NCBI GenBank assembly: GCA_003649205.1
Contig: QMRC01000003.1
Coordinates: 64,001 to 128,000, forward strand
DNA length: 64,000 bases
From: Thermoprotei archaeon
Lineage (GTDB): Archaea; Thermoproteota; Thermoprotei; Thermoproteales; B15-G16
Direction: 5' to 3'
Shown here: in pieces, positions 1 through 10,344 of the stretch
How positions within the stretch are numbered: the stretch's first letter is position 1
Layout: each line of letters starts with the position of its first letter
Translations under genes and position numbers: made by a program
Notes under the pieces: generated by a model
Seen by the model: the letters and a program-made list of their open reading frames with translations, nothing else
Databases searched by the model: none
Told to the model about the DNA's origin: nothing

Positions 1-588
1 CCTATTGCATTAATTCGAAAGGGTGAACCTAAGAGACCAGTGAGAATCTTCTACTCGCAGACAGGTAATGTCCTCGCTCTAGCTTCTGAAGTTGCTTTAC
101 CGGTATCTGCTCTACCGGTGTTTTCTAGGTCTATCGTTGATCTAGCTAAGAAGCTTCGTGTAAAGTCCTTGGTGCTTCTTGGTGGTGTTCCAGTGCCAAA
201 TAGGTTAGATATTGAGAAGCCTAAGGTCTATGGTATTGGTGTGTTGAGTAGTGATAGGGAGTACCTTGAGAAAATGGGTGTTGAATTGATTGAAGAAGGG
301 TTTGTTGCAGGTGCTTACGCACTAATAATGAAGGAATGCGTCAAGGAGGGTATTAGTTGTCTTGCTTTACTAGCTGAGTCCTACCTACAGTACCCTGATC
401 CAGGTGCAGCTGCTTCAGTACTCGAGGTATTCTCTAAGATAACTGGTATATCGGTCGATATTGAACAGCTGAAGAGTGAGGCTGAGGAGCTAAGGCTTAA
501 GTTGAGGGAACTAATGCAGAGAACTATGTCTGCTCTAAGAGAACAACAGAAGAGTTATGAATACACGTTACCTCTAATGTATGTCTAG
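1..588 (+). CDS. PAC2-family proteasome assembly chaperone (5'-truncated by window)
   Basis: Frame is open from base 1 (PIALIRKGEPKRPVRIFY...). Contains LGG..VP and YPDPGAAA motifs and a C-terminal ...LMYV HbYX-like tail, typical of archaeal PAC2/PbaB proteins. Confidence 0.85.
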   Translation, partial: PIALIRKGEPKRPVRIFYSQTGNVLALASEVALPVSALPVFSRSIVDLAKKLRVKSLVLLGGVPVPNRLDIEKPKVYGIGVLSSDREYLEKMGVELIEEGFVAGAYALIMKECVKEGISCLALLAESYLQYPDPGAAASVLEVFSKITGISVDIEQLKSEAEELRLKLRELMQRTMSALREQQKSYEYTLPLMYV

Positions 589-600
589 GAGGGTTAAGCA

Positions 601-1047
601 ATGAGTAGTGAGTACATTGGTGATGTAATTGAGAGATTCATGAGGAGAGTTACGAGAGAGATTAGGGAGATGATTGAGAGATTTGAAGAGGAGCTAAGAG
701 GACCTCTCTGTGATCCATCAACACAATGTCTTGAACCACTTACAGAGATCTTCGAGACTCCTGATGAAGTTGTGATAAGGTTCGATCTACCGTATGTACG
801 TGACAAAGACAGCATCCAGGTATCTGTTAGTGAAGATACGGTTACTCTCTACGCTAGACTTGAAGGTGTTAGCATTAGAACTGGTCACATAGTTTACAGA
901 GGTGTTAAGTTCTTTGCATATAGGAAGAGTGTTAGATTACCATGCGAAGTTGATCCAGAGAGAACAAGAGCAAGATTTAAGGATGGTGTGCTCGAGCTGA
1001 GATTACCTAAGAAGGTAAAGAAGTACTACAGCATCAGGGTGGAGTAG
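601..1047 (+). CDS. Small heat-shock protein (Hsp20/alpha-crystallin)
   Basis: EPLTEIFET..EVVIRFDLP; LPCEVDPE...ARFKDGVLELRLPK; C-terminal IxV motif (SIRVE). Confidence 0.93.
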   Translation: MSSEYIGDVIERFMRRVTREIREMIERFEEELRGPLCDPSTQCLEPLTEIFETPDEVVIRFDLPYVRDKDSIQVSVSEDTVTLYARLEGVSIRTGHIVYRGVKFFAYRKSVRLPCEVDPERTRARFKDGVLELRLPKKVKKYYSIRVE

Positions 1048-1051
1048 CTGA

Positions 1052-2119
1052 ATGTCGTCAGTAGCATTGAAGGGCTATGTAAATGAGTACTTACCTAAGA
1101 TACAGGAAGCCTTGAAAAAGGTACTGAACGAGGTCAAGCTAAGGTACAGAATAGTTGAGGAACTTTACAACCATGTTGAAGAGTTCATCTTTAGAGGAGG
1201 TAAGAGACTTAGACCAATATCACTAGTTGCAGCGTACTACTCTGTCGGTGGCAGTGAAGTCGATGACCTATATAGAGTAGCTACATGCGTTGAGCTACTA
1301 CACAATGCATCGCTTATACATGATGACATAATTGATCGAGATACCATCCGGAGAGGGGGCCCAACATTCCACGTTAAGTATGCTATGATTTTCAGAGATA
1401 GGTACGGAGCAAGGGACTACAACCACATGGGACTATCATTCGGTATCATTGGTGGTGACCTACTGATAGCACTCGGCATGTACGCAATAACCTCAAGTAA
1501 GTTTAGAGATGACCAAAAAGCACGAGCACTTGAGAGCTATATGAGAGCTTTCAAGTGTATTGTTGAAGGTGAGTGCCTTGACATCACCTACCCATACGTT
1601 CATGATGTAAGTGAGGAAGACTACTATAGGATGGTTGACCTGAAGACCGGCGCTCTCTTCGTAGAGTCGCTGACTATAGGTGCTATCTTGGGAGACGCAA
1701 CAGAGAGACAGATAACAGCACTTAGGAGATACGGAACATATGCAGCTAGAGCATTTCAGATTCACGACGATGTACTCGGTATCTTTGGGGAAGAAGAGGA
1801 GGTAGGTAAGCCAATAGGTAGCGATATTCGTGAAGGGAGAAAGAACCTACTGATCATTAAGGCTCTTGAGCTATTTGATGAGCGGGAAAGAGCTAAGCTA
1901 CTGAAGGCACTAGGTAATCCACAATTGACCAAGGAAGATGTTCTCGAGATTAGAGATCTCATGAAGGAGAGAGGGGTACTGGACTACGCACTAGGTAAGG
2001 AGAGGGAATATGTCGGGAAAGCTATAGAGTCACTCACACTAGCTGACCCACCACTGAGATCACGTGAAGTAGAGTTCTTTAAGGAGTTAGCAAGGTACTT
2101 CATCGAGAGAAGAAAGTAG
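1052..2119 (+). CDS. idsA: Polyprenyl diphosphate synthase (GGPP synthase-like)
   Basis: GGKRLRP, LIHDDIID....RRG (FARM), KTGALF, FQIHDDVLG (SARM), GSDIREG. Confidence 0.92.
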   Translation: MSSVALKGYVNEYLPKIQEALKKVLNEVKLRYRIVEELYNHVEEFIFRGGKRLRPISLVAAYYSVGGSEVDDLYRVATCVELLHNASLIHDDIIDRDTIRRGGPTFHVKYAMIFRDRYGARDYNHMGLSFGIIGGDLLIALGMYAITSSKFRDDQKARALESYMRAFKCIVEGECLDITYPYVHDVSEEDYYRMVDLKTGALFVESLTIGAILGDATERQITALRRYGTYAARAFQIHDDVLGIFGEEEEVGKPIGSDIREGRKNLLIIKALELFDERERAKLLKALGNPQLTKEDVLEIRDLMKERGVLDYALGKEREYVGKAIESLTLADPPLRSREVEFFKELARYFIERRK

Positions 2120-2201
2120 ATCTCGAGTGAGTGTGCTAACCCGGCCTTCCTGATATGTGATGATCCTTAAGAAAAGCGAAATTACACACAGTATATTCCT
2201 C

Positions 2202-2255
2202 GTGATGAGTTAGGTGGGGCAACTGAGGAGATGAGGAAATTCCCGCCTTCACTGA
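2202..2255 (+). ncRNA. C/D-box sRNA (2'-O-methylation guide)
   Basis: GTGATGA-14nt-CTGA-ggag-ATGAGGA-14nt-CTGA, intergenic, canonical archaeal C/D'/C'/D layout. Confidence 0.8.
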
Positions 2256-2264
2256 GGTACCTAC

Positions 2265-3329
2265 ATGAGGGTGGGAGTAGTCTACAGCGATGTATACCTT
2301 AGACATAGACCACATACATCACATCCAGAGAGTCCACAGAGATTGAGGAGTGTAGTTGATGAGTTGAAGAAGAGAGGTGTACTTAGTAAGGTACGGTTGA
2401 TTGAGCCAGAGGTAGCTGATGAGAGGTTACTGGAGTTAGTTCACGATACCAAGTACATCGAACTGGTGAAAGACTTCTCTAAGAGAGGTGGTGGATTCCT
2501 AGATCCTGACACTTATGTATGTGAAGAAACCTACAGAGTAGCACTACATGCTGTAGGTGGTGTTCTCAAAGCCATAGACCTAGTACTGAGCGATGTCTTC
2601 GATGCTGTTTTCTGCTTAGTTAGACCACCAGGACACCACGTAGGTAGGTATGGTAGAGCACTTGGAGCACCTACACAGGGCTTCTGCATATTCAATAACG
2701 TAGCTATTGCTGCGAAGTACTTGGTCAATATCAAGAAGATAGATAGAATAGCTATTGTAGACTTTGATTGTCACCACGGTAACGGTACGCAGGAGGTGTT
2801 CTACTACGATAACTCAGTACTTTACATGAGTACACATCAAGACCCTAGAACAATATACCCTGGTACTGGGTACGTTGATGAAGTTGGTGCGGGTGATGGT
2901 GAAGGCTATAACATAAACATACCACTACCACCATTTTCTGGTGACGATATCTATCGAGATGTAGTTGACAACATAGTAACACCAGTACTCTCACAGTACA
3001 GACCCAGTATAGTACTCATGTCGGCAGGCTACGACGCACATAGAAGAGATCCAATAACAAACATGAATCTCTCAGTTAATTCCTTCACATACCTTGTAAC
3101 GAAAATAATTGAGGTGATGAGGCAATACACTAGACCAAAGCTAGTACTCGCTCTAGAGGGAGGTTATGGCATTGGATTGAGGTTAGGCGTTTACTCAACT
3201 CTATGTACGCTACTTGAAGAAGAGTGCACGTTAGAACCTGATACCGTTAGTGATAACTTGACGTGGTCTTACTGGCGTAGGACGAGGAGTGAGTTACTTA
3301 GGTTACTCAGTAGGTACTGGAGCATGTAG
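2265..3329 (+). CDS. Zn-dependent histone deacetylase/AcuC-family deacetylase
   Basis: HPESPQRL, RPPGHH, GFCIFNNVAIAA, DFDCHHGNGTQ, SAGYDAH..DP, LEGGY. Confidence 0.95.
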   Translation: MRVGVVYSDVYLRHRPHTSHPESPQRLRSVVDELKKRGVLSKVRLIEPEVADERLLELVHDTKYIELVKDFSKRGGGFLDPDTYVCEETYRVALHAVGGVLKAIDLVLSDVFDAVFCLVRPPGHHVGRYGRALGAPTQGFCIFNNVAIAAKYLVNIKKIDRIAIVDFDCHHGNGTQEVFYYDNSVLYMSTHQDPRTIYPGTGYVDEVGAGDGEGYNINIPLPPFSGDDIYRDVVDNIVTPVLSQYRPSIVLMSAGYDAHRRDPITNMNLSVNSFTYLVTKIIEVMRQYTRPKLVLALEGGYGIGLRLGVYSTLCTLLEEECTLEPDTVSDNLTWSYWRRTRSELLRLLSRYWSM

Positions 3330-3619
3330 CTTAGCTGAGTGCCTCTCCTCCTATAGATCAGCAGTTAACTGAAGGATTGTCTAATGGATATACAAAAGTA
3401 CAGAGGTGTGAAGGGGAGGAATACTGTAGTTGATAAAGCTGTTTAATTTAGCCTGTGTCCTCTGTACCTACATAACCTACATAACTTGATAGAGAAGGTT
3501 GGAGGATTGATGATTCTCATTGAGAAGTGTAATTGTCATATGAGGTAGCTTATCTGCTATCAAGTAATTTCCTGAATTTTATTACATCCCTCAGGGAAAT
3601 CATGAGGATGGGAGCCAAC

Positions 3620-3667
3620 TCAGTGGGGGTTCTCTCCTCACAAGTCGGCAGCGCCTACCCTCAGCAT
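3620..3667 (-). ncRNA. C/D-box sRNA (degenerate C box)
   Basis: Minus strand ATGCTGA-gggtaggcgctg-CCGA-ctt-GTGAGGA-gagaaccccca-CTGA. A TTTAAG TATA-like element lies about 25 nt upstream. Confidence 0.65.
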
Positions 3668-3739
3668 CCTGAAAACAGAAGTCCAGTATCAAAACTTAAA
3701 CATTATACTACACTGCTTTAAGGTAAGAAAAGGTATTGG

Positions 3740-4648
3740 TTAGAGACCTTCTCTCTCCTTTATGTATTTAGCAATTACTGGAGCTACTGATACGTGAGAA
3801 TACGGTGACTCGATTGTGTCTGTACCAACGATATCCACCACACCTGCACTCTTCATCCTCTCGATAGCACCGGGTGCTAGTACGAGGTGGACTACTGCGG
3901 CAAATACTCTACGAGCACCTAACTGCTTAAGTACCTTCGCAGCTTCCGCTACTGTTCCACCAGTACTGACTATGTCATCAACTATCACAACATCTCTATC
4001 CTTGACCGATACCTCGCCCCTAACCTTGATCTGAACCTCCGTAGCACTTAACCTCTCCTTCTCGAGCACTGAGTACGTAGTCCCAAGCTCTCTACCCATG
4101 ATGCTGGCCCACTGTTCTGACTCCTCATCAGGACCGATGATTACGGGTTTCTCTAGCTTCCATACCTCCTTAACGAACTTCGCTAGTAGAGGTATCGATG
4201 TGAGGTTAGTAGCTGGGACCCTGAATACTTCAGATACGTCGTGGAACCTATGTAGGTGCATGTCAACTGTAACCACTTCGTCAACACCAACAGCCTCTAG
4301 CGCTCTAGCAATTGCTACAATGCTTATTGGTTCACCTGGCTTAAATCTAGAGTCTTGTCTAGCGTACGCTAGATACGGTATAACAGCTGTAACCTTCTTA
4401 GCGCCAAGACCTTTAGCGGCTTCGACAAGCAGCAGTAGCTCAAGTAGGTAGTCGTTTGGTTTCCTAGCTAAGCTCTGAACGACATACACAGAAGCACCGG
4501 AAAGATCTTCAGCACAAATCCTTAAATAGGTCTCACCATCCGGAAATACCTTCCTCTCAACACCCAGTACCTCAACACCGACTTCCTGAGTGATTTTCCT
4601 AGCTAAGTTCTCACTAGCAGATCCAGGGACGACAAATACCTTACCCAT
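3740..4648 (-). CDS. prs: Ribose-phosphate pyrophosphokinase
   Basis: FPDGE, VIPYLAYARQD, DMH, and PRPP-binding VIVDDIVSTGGT. Confidence 0.96.
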   Translation of the reverse strand: MGKVFVVPGSASENLARKITQEVGVEVLGVERKVFPDGETYLRICAEDLSGASVYVVQSLARKPNDYLLELLLLVEAAKGLGAKKVTAVIPYLAYARQDSRFKPGEPISIVAIARALEAVGVDEVVTVDMHLHRFHDVSEVFRVPATNLTSIPLLAKFVKEVWKLEKPVIIGPDEESEQWASIMGRELGTTYSVLEKERLSATEVQIKVRGEVSVKDRDVVIVDDIVSTGGTVAEAAKVLKQLGARRVFAAVVHLVLAPGAIERMKSAGVVDIVGTDTIESPYSHVSVAPVIAKYIKEREGL

Positions 4649-4700
4649 CTCGACACCTCTTAGCAGAGAAGTGATTGAAACCGCATAAAAACTCTTACCC

Positions 4701-5816
4701 CTACCTCACCAGTATATCTGGTCTTTCAAACCTATAGCCATTAATCTCCACAGTTAGCATAGGCCACTCACTATCGTAAGTTACATTGATAAGGCCTTCG
4801 CTAGTCACAATGAACGTATCCTCTACCTTGGTACCCGTTATGGTTGGATTCCAGGACACAGCTTCATACTCACCAAAGCACCTCTCAGTACGTAGATCAA
4901 TGACTATCTCCCTAGGTAGGTACGAAATCCATCCACCCTGTGTATGTCTTTCCCACTCATCAGGATAACCTAGAGAGCTAAAGACCTCAATACCCCTTCT
5001 AAGAGCATCACAGGCCTTAGTACCTGGTCTAGTCATACTGAGGTACGTTGCATCAACCTTAGCAACCGCTTCATACCTCTTCCTGAGTTCAGCAGGTAGA
5101 GAACCAAAGTGAACAAGTCTCGTTAAGGTTACGTGAAGACCCCACTTCTCAGCAGCAATAGACACAATAACGTGCTCATTGATCTTCCGATCCTTGGGTA
5201 GCGGGTGTCTGTACTTGAAGGCTCTATCGTCAGCAGCTATGAGGATCACTGGCAACCTAATACCATATCGAGCAAACTCATGTAAGAGCTCACTAGCTAA
5301 TTCCTGCTCCGTGGTACCTCTACGAAGATCCCTCAAGACACTACTTAGCAACTTAGCTGAAGTAGCACCGAGCTCCTTCAATCTACCAACCTCATAGGTT
5401 GTCAGTACTAGACGAAGCTCTCTAAGATGAGGCTCAATACATGTGCATCCAGGAACTGGGACGTCAGTACCGATAGAACTAACACCCTTCAGATACTCGA
5501 GAGCAGCATCAAGAGGTGACTTCTCATACCACTTATGGACAACGGTCCTATAACCTAGCTGTGAAATAGGTTCCTCATCTAAAATCCTGTCAATCTCATT
5601 ATTCGTAGTGAAGAGCAGCTTCTCCTCCTTAGTAATTACGAGAGCAACAACACTCTCATCAGTACTGTGGAGAATGTGGTACTCACCACCACAAGTAAGC
5701 CAAGAGACATTTCTCCTACGTGTCAACACTATTGCATCTAGGTTTAGAGAAGTTAGGAGGTTACGAAGCTTCTCCTCCTTAACCTTAGCCTCCTCAAGTA
5801 GCTCGGGTACAGACAT
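4701..5816 (-). CDS. M24 family (Xaa-Pro aminopeptidase-like) protein
   Basis: Creatinase-N-like start, YRHP, H(T)QGG, WNPTITGTKVEDT. Confidence 0.82.
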   Translation of the reverse strand: MSVPELLEEAKVKEEKLRNLLTSLNLDAIVLTRRRNVSWLTCGGEYHILHSTDESVVALVITKEEKLLFTTNNEIDRILDEEPISQLGYRTVVHKWYEKSPLDAALEYLKGVSSIGTDVPVPGCTCIEPHLRELRLVLTTYEVGRLKELGATSAKLLSSVLRDLRRGTTEQELASELLHEFARYGIRLPVILIAADDRAFKYRHPLPKDRKINEHVIVSIAAEKWGLHVTLTRLVHFGSLPAELRKRYEAVAKVDATYLSMTRPGTKACDALRRGIEVFSSLGYPDEWERHTQGGWISYLPREIVIDLRTERCFGEYEAVSWNPTITGTKVEDTFIVTSEGLINVTYDSEWPMLTVEINGYRFERPDILVR

Positions 5817-5900
5817 GATATCTGATACTCTTTAAGGATAATTTATCTGTTTGATACCTTAGAAAAGCACCTGGCATTACTCAACTTCGTCAAGTCAAAG

Positions 5901-6728
5901 CTAGCTAAACCAACTTCTCCACAGTGACCAATCCAGTTCAACACCAGCTTCCTTCAATCTAAAGAGTGTAGTATCGTATGGATCTACAACCTCTTCCTCA
6001 ATCAACCTCAGTAGCTTAGGATCTATGCTGTAGAGCTTCTCGAGTAGAGCTACTCTCTCCTCCTTACTCATGATCCTAGGATCTGACATTACCGCTACGT
6101 GAAATCTACCCCATGCACCTTCCTCAACGAAGTACTCTATGGTCTTGAATGGTAGCTCAAATGCTTGCGGTATAGCACCTGTCTTCCAGGTAAATGCTTC
6201 TGGTGTTCCCGCCTTCAAACTAATCCTCACGTACACCTTACTGAACTTAAGTACATCACGAACATAGTCCCTATCCAATCCCATCAATATACCGTTTGTC
6301 TCAAGTATGAATAGCTTTATGTAGTCACACCTCTCAACATACTCAAGCACCTTCAGTAGATGATCCCTACCAATCGTCGGCTCTCCACAGGATAACCTTG
6401 CTTTCCTAAATCCATACTTCCTAGCTACCTTAGCTAAGTTCTCACACACCTCCTTAGGACTGTAGTAAGTTCCATACCTCTCTGGGAAATCTCTGGATAG
6501 AGGGCTCCAACAGAAGAAGCATCTGAGGTTACAACCTACGACAGCAGCTGTAGAGATACCACGATACACTCCAGCACCATAAAAACTCGTGTACTTCCTC
6601 CATTGTTCACCATCCACGTACTTACAGACTATTTCCTCAGTCCATTTACTGACCTTGATTGGGTCATATGATTTGAATTGTCCTTTCTTGATGTATCTTG
6701 GGTACTCTGGCGGTACTTTGATACTCAT
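5901..6728 (-). CDS. Radical SAM protein
   Basis: CNLRCFFC (CxxxCxxC), SCGEP, ETNG. Confidence 0.9.
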   Translation of the reverse strand: MSIKVPPEYPRYIKKGQFKSYDPIKVSKWTEEIVCKYVDGEQWRKYTSFYGAGVYRGISTAAVVGCNLRCFFCWSPLSRDFPERYGTYYSPKEVCENLAKVARKYGFRKARLSCGEPTIGRDHLLKVLEYVERCDYIKLFILETNGILMGLDRDYVRDVLKFSKVYVRISLKAGTPEAFTWKTGAIPQAFELPFKTIEYFVEEGAWGRFHVAVMSDPRIMSKEERVALLEKLYSIDPKLLRLIEEEVVDPYDTTLFRLKEAGVELDWSLWRSWFS

Positions 6729-6816
6729 GCTTTCTCATGAGGTTTCTCGTTCTGTTATTGAAATTTCTTGTGTTTGTGAGTTAGCTTATTAAGGCCCGTT
6801 GGTTGTGGGTGTTTGT

Positions 6817-6865
6817 GTGATGAGGGATTGGGGTTCTGATGTGTGAGGAGATGTAGCCTAGCTGA
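6817..6865 (+). ncRNA. C/D-box sRNA
   Basis: GTGATGA-12nt-CTGA-tgt-GTGAGGA-12nt-CTGA, just upstream of the GNAT gene. Confidence 0.82.
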
Positions 6866-6882
6866 TTCAGTGGTGATTTATC

Positions 6883-7701
6883 ATGCACTTTCTCATTCGT
6901 GAGGCTTCTGTTGGTGATGTGTCTGACATAGCTAGTATCAATAATGAGGGGTTTCCGTATCTGGAGGAGGTTCCTCCTGAGTTCTTTAGGTGGTTAATAC
7001 TTCACGGTATAGGTAGGTTCTTGGTGTGTGAGGTTGATGGTGAGGTTGTTGGTTTTGCTCACTTCGATGCTATTGGCGATTGTGGTGTTATCTATAGGAT
7101 TGGTGTTCGTGAAGACTTTAGGGGACGGGGTATTGGTTCTGCTCTACTTCATGAGGTTGAGAAAGTGCTTAGGGGTCTAGGCGTTAGTAAGGTCGTTGCT
7201 TATGTTGCTAAGAGGAGGGGGTCTGCTCTTAGTTGGTTTCTTAGTCGTGGCTACCACATTGATCATAGGTTGGGTTCCGTCACATATACTTGGTGGGTTG
7301 CTGGTGAGTTAAGTCCTTTAAAAGAGGTGTGTGAGGTTACTGGTCGAGATCTAGGTGATGTATTGAGTGTAGGTGGTTGGAGGAAGCTATTCTGGTGGTA
7401 TCCTGACTTGGGGAAGTACCTCAAGTACTTGAGTACAGCACCTGGTCGTGTGTATGTTGATAAGGAGTCTACGTGTCTAGTTCACGTGATTTCTTATGGT
7501 TGGGTCTCCTACGTTGAGTATGTGGTGCATCGTGGTGTTGATAGGAGGAGAATAGTTGATGTAGTTTGCTCGGCAACAGAGTTAGCTGCGAGAGCTGACG
7601 ATGTACCGTACTGTGAGGTACCGCTTGAGCCAGAGGGTTTACTAGGTTCTGTATACCATGGTACTTGGGTTGAGGTACCTGTCATGAAGTACATTAGCTA
7701 G
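6883..7701 (+). CDS. GNAT family N-acetyltransferase
   Basis: IREAS..D, motif A V.EDFRGRGIGSALL, FLSRGY. C-terminal half not recognised. Confidence 0.85.
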   Translation: MHFLIREASVGDVSDIASINNEGFPYLEEVPPEFFRWLILHGIGRFLVCEVDGEVVGFAHFDAIGDCGVIYRIGVREDFRGRGIGSALLHEVEKVLRGLGVSKVVAYVAKRRGSALSWFLSRGYHIDHRLGSVTYTWWVAGELSPLKEVCEVTGRDLGDVLSVGGWRKLFWWYPDLGKYLKYLSTAPGRVYVDKESTCLVHVISYGWVSYVEYVVHRGVDRRRIVDVVCSATELAARADDVPYCEVPLEPEGLLGSVYHGTWVEVPVMKYIS

Positions 7702-8267
7702 TACTTCCTATCAAAGAATGGGTTCTTACCTTTACAGGTTAGTGGAATACCAACAACAATATCAGCATCTATCAGCCCTAACTTCCTAGCTGCTACGCCT
7801 ACTGAGAACATGATTCTATTATCGATGTTCATCTCGGAAGCTACCTTCACCATAGACCCAATGGCAATACCTAGGTTCAGTAGCTGAAGAGCACAGATAG
7901 GACCTCTGTATGCAGGTCCCTCAACACTACAGGACCTCTCCCTAAGTTCCCTACATGTCAAACCACATGCACCACAATTGACCTCAACAACTCTAGGACT
8001 CTTCAAGCCAACTAAGACAATAGCCTTTGCCTCTCTGATACTCCTAGCATCTCTAATGAAGAAACTCCACTCCGGTACTTCCTTACCAAGCTTCTCCATG
8101 AAATTCGCTAATCTCTCAATCTCCTCACCTGTAATGACCTTGGTGACTATGTCATCTATTCCACGTGTCTTAGGTGCTGTCCTAGCTGCTGCGCACATGA
8201 GCTTAGCCGTGATCAGGATCGCATCGTATTCAGCATCAATACCCTCAATTACGGTCATGACCACCAC
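7698..8267 (-). CDS. DUF2148-like ferredoxin-domain protein
   Basis: AARTAPKTRGID, NCGACG..C, GPIC, LGIAIGS, KNPFFDR. Confidence 0.8.
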   Translation of the reverse strand: MVVMTVIEGIDAEYDAILITAKLMCAAARTAPKTRGIDDIVTKVITGEEIERLANFMEKLGKEVPEWSFFIRDARSIREAKAIVLVGLKSPRVVEVNCGACGLTCRELRERSCSVEGPAYRGPICALQLLNLGIAIGSMVKVASEMNIDNRIMFSVGVAARKLGLIDADIVVGIPLTCKGKNPFFDRKY

Positions 8268-8270
8268 CCA

Positions 8271-8705
8271 TCACCTAGGTGTCTCAAACTCCATTCTCTT
8301 AGATAGCTCCTCAGTACGCGCTTTAAACTTCTCTAGGTCAACTATGTATCTCTCGTGAGTACCCTCGCCAATAACTACATCACCTGAGTAAGCTCTCACC
8401 TTAAAAAGCAACCTCCTACCACTAACCTCAACTAACTCAGCCTCAACAGTGACCTTGGTACCTACTTTCGCCGGTGCCTTGTGAACTACATCAACACGAG
8501 TACCAACAGTTACTTGGCCAGGTGAGAGATAATTGTCGACAAGTAGCTTAGCACACTCCTCCATCCACGCAATCATCATGGGAGTAGCTAGAACTGGTAC
8601 ACCACCACTACCAAGAAACTCAGCAATGTGATCAGGACCAACAACCTTAGTTATCACATTCTTGAGACCAGGCTTCAGCTCAGTACTAGAGCACATAACT
8701 AGCAC
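8271..8705 (-). CDS. Hotdog-fold thioesterase (FlK-like)
   Basis: LGSG.VPVLATP.MIAWME, TVGT.V...H.AP, GEGTHER. Confidence 0.88.
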   Translation of the reverse strand: MLVMCSSTELKPGLKNVITKVVGPDHIAEFLGSGGVPVLATPMMIAWMEECAKLLVDNYLSPGQVTVGTRVDVVHKAPAKVGTKVTVEAELVEVSGRRLLFKVRAYSGDVVIGEGTHERYIVDLEKFKARTEELSKRMEFETPR

Positions 8706-8790
8706 CCAACCTAGAGGTAGTAGGGTAGAGACATTATAACGATTCCCCTAACCATAAGTGCAAAGGCAATCCCCTAGGTACTGACCATAG

Positions 8791-9345
8791 CTATGTAGAG
8801 AACTCGTGAACAAAATCACGAATTAATCTAGAGTACCTCGTTAATCTATGGTCCATGGTGGTCCCCCTATCGATTATGTGTACGACTCTGTAACCTAGTA
8901 ACGTAAGTAAATCTGAGAGTAACTTCCTGTGACACCTATAGGGTATCTTCTCAGAGCACATGATAGCAGTACGATAACTACCAATAACTTCAAGTAACTT
9001 CTGGAAGTAAACTCGAAAGACCTCTGTTCTCATGTGATAGACATAGGCTAAGAAGCCTCTACTCAACTCATCTCTAACATGAAGCTCAGTACCCCGAGGT
9101 AGCTTCCTGTAACCACCAAGACCTTCACCTAACCACAGGTACTCAATACCCCTCCTCCTAAGCTCTATCTCGAGAACCTCCTTGCTGAAATGTGGGTACT
9201 TACGTGATGTAGGAAATCTGCGGACATCAACTAGGTACTCAATTCTGTAGAAGATCAGAGTACTAATGAACGACTCTAGACTACGATTTGAGTGCCCAAT
9301 AGTGTACACCTCCCTACATCGATCCTTAGTCACTACCTCCATCAC
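8791..9345 (-). CDS. DUF488 family protein
   Basis: YTIGHSNR, LVDVRRFP, MCSE....CHR. Confidence 0.88.
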   Translation of the reverse strand: MMEVVTKDRCREVYTIGHSNRSLESFISTLIFYRIEYLVDVRRFPTSRKYPHFSKEVLEIELRRRGIEYLWLGEGLGGYRKLPRGTELHVRDELSRGFLAYVYHMRTEVFRVYFQKLLEVIGSYRTAIMCSEKIPYRCHRKLLSDLLTLLGYRVVHIIDRGTTMDHRLTRYSRLIRDFVHEFST

Positions 9346-9400
9346 CTAGAGGTAAAAGTTAATTACAGCGTCTTTATCTATGCTGTGGTAAGGTGATTAC

Positions 9401-9625
9401 ATGGGTAGAGTACGTTGTCTCTGCGTTACTTGTAGTAGAGATGGTAGAGGTGGCTTCTTCAGTATTGACGAGAATGAAATCATTAAGGCTCTAAAGGGTG
9501 AGAGCTTAGTTAAGTGTCCTTACTGTGGGTCAACTAAGGTTAAGGTTTTGGAGAAGAGGTGGTTTGAAGAGATTAAGAAGAGGCTAGGTATTGAGAGGAG
9601 TGGACTCTACGTCAATCCTCAGTAG
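9401..9625 (+). CDS. Small zinc-ribbon protein
   Basis: CVTC...CPYCGS; SD-like GGTGA upstream. Confidence 0.65.
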   Translation: MGRVRCLCVTCSRDGRGGFFSIDENEIIKALKGESLVKCPYCGSTKVKVLEKRWFEEIKKRLGIERSGLYVNPQ

Positions 9626-9639
9626 TAGAGGTTAGTGAT

Positions 9640-10284
9640 GTGGTGCTAAAGGCCATAGTATTCGATGTTGATGGTACGTTAGTTGATAGTGTGGATGCTG
9701 TTGTAGAGAGCTTTAGGTTAGCTGCTAAAGAACTTGGAGTAGGTATTGATCTAGATGCTGTGAAGAGACTTTTAGGTTTACCTAGTAGGGAAATTGCTAG
9801 ATTGGTAGGTGTTCCCAGCAACTTACTAGATAGATTTGTTGAACTTCGTAGACAGTACATGGGGATGCTGTGGAGTAGGTACGTTAAGCTCTATCCAGAC
9901 GTCATTGAGGTATTGTCAGAGCTACGTCGTAGAGGATTTAAGCTTGGAGTAGCCTCAGGTAACATCAGGAGTAGGCTAGAGTTCATGCTGAATTACTTCG
10001 GTATTGCTCAGTACTTCGACGCCGTAGTAGCTCAGGACGAAGTCCAAAGACCCAAACCATACCCTGACATAATAGTTGAGGCATTGAGGAGACTAGGTGT
10101 TGAACCAGAGGAATCGATCTACGTTGGTGATACGGTAATAGATGTAGTTTGCGCTAGATCAGCAAATGTAAAGATTGTAATCGTGAAGAGACCACATGTC
10201 ACTGATGATCTAGGTGCAGACTATGTGATTAGAGATTTACGTGAATTACTCAACTTAGTTGATGAACTAGCGAGATCTAGGTGA
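9640..10284 (+). CDS. HAD-superfamily hydrolase (phosphoglycolate phosphatase-like)
   Basis: FDVDGTLVDS, KPYPD, YVGDTVID. Confidence 0.92.
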   Translation: MVLKAIVFDVDGTLVDSVDAVVESFRLAAKELGVGIDLDAVKRLLGLPSREIARLVGVPSNLLDRFVELRRQYMGMLWSRYVKLYPDVIEVLSELRRRGFKLGVASGNIRSRLEFMLNYFGIAQYFDAVVAQDEVQRPKPYPDIIVEALRRLGVEPEESIYVGDTVIDVVCARSANVKIVIVKRPHVTDDLGADYVIRDLRELLNLVDELARSR

Positions 10285-10330
10285 TGAGTGCCCGGATTAG
10301 CTGATTGATGAGGAGGAGTTGCTCAGCTGA
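10281..10330 (+). ncRNA. C/D-box sRNA overlapping the HAD stop codon
   Basis: GTGATGA-13nt-CTGA-ttg-ATGAGGA-12nt-CTGA. The TGA stop of the HAD gene lies inside the C box. Confidence 0.82.
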
Positions 10331-10344
10331 ACTCGCTAGCTCGC

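Noticed and set aside
2127-2180. Possible second C/D sRNA (CTGA-tat-GTGATGA core) upstream of the 2202 sRNA
   Set aside because: Outer C and D boxes are poor (GTGAGTG, GCGA); insufficient support.
3533-3721. 62-aa + strand ORF
   Set aside because: No motif, and it overlaps a better-supported minus-strand C/D sRNA and its promoter.
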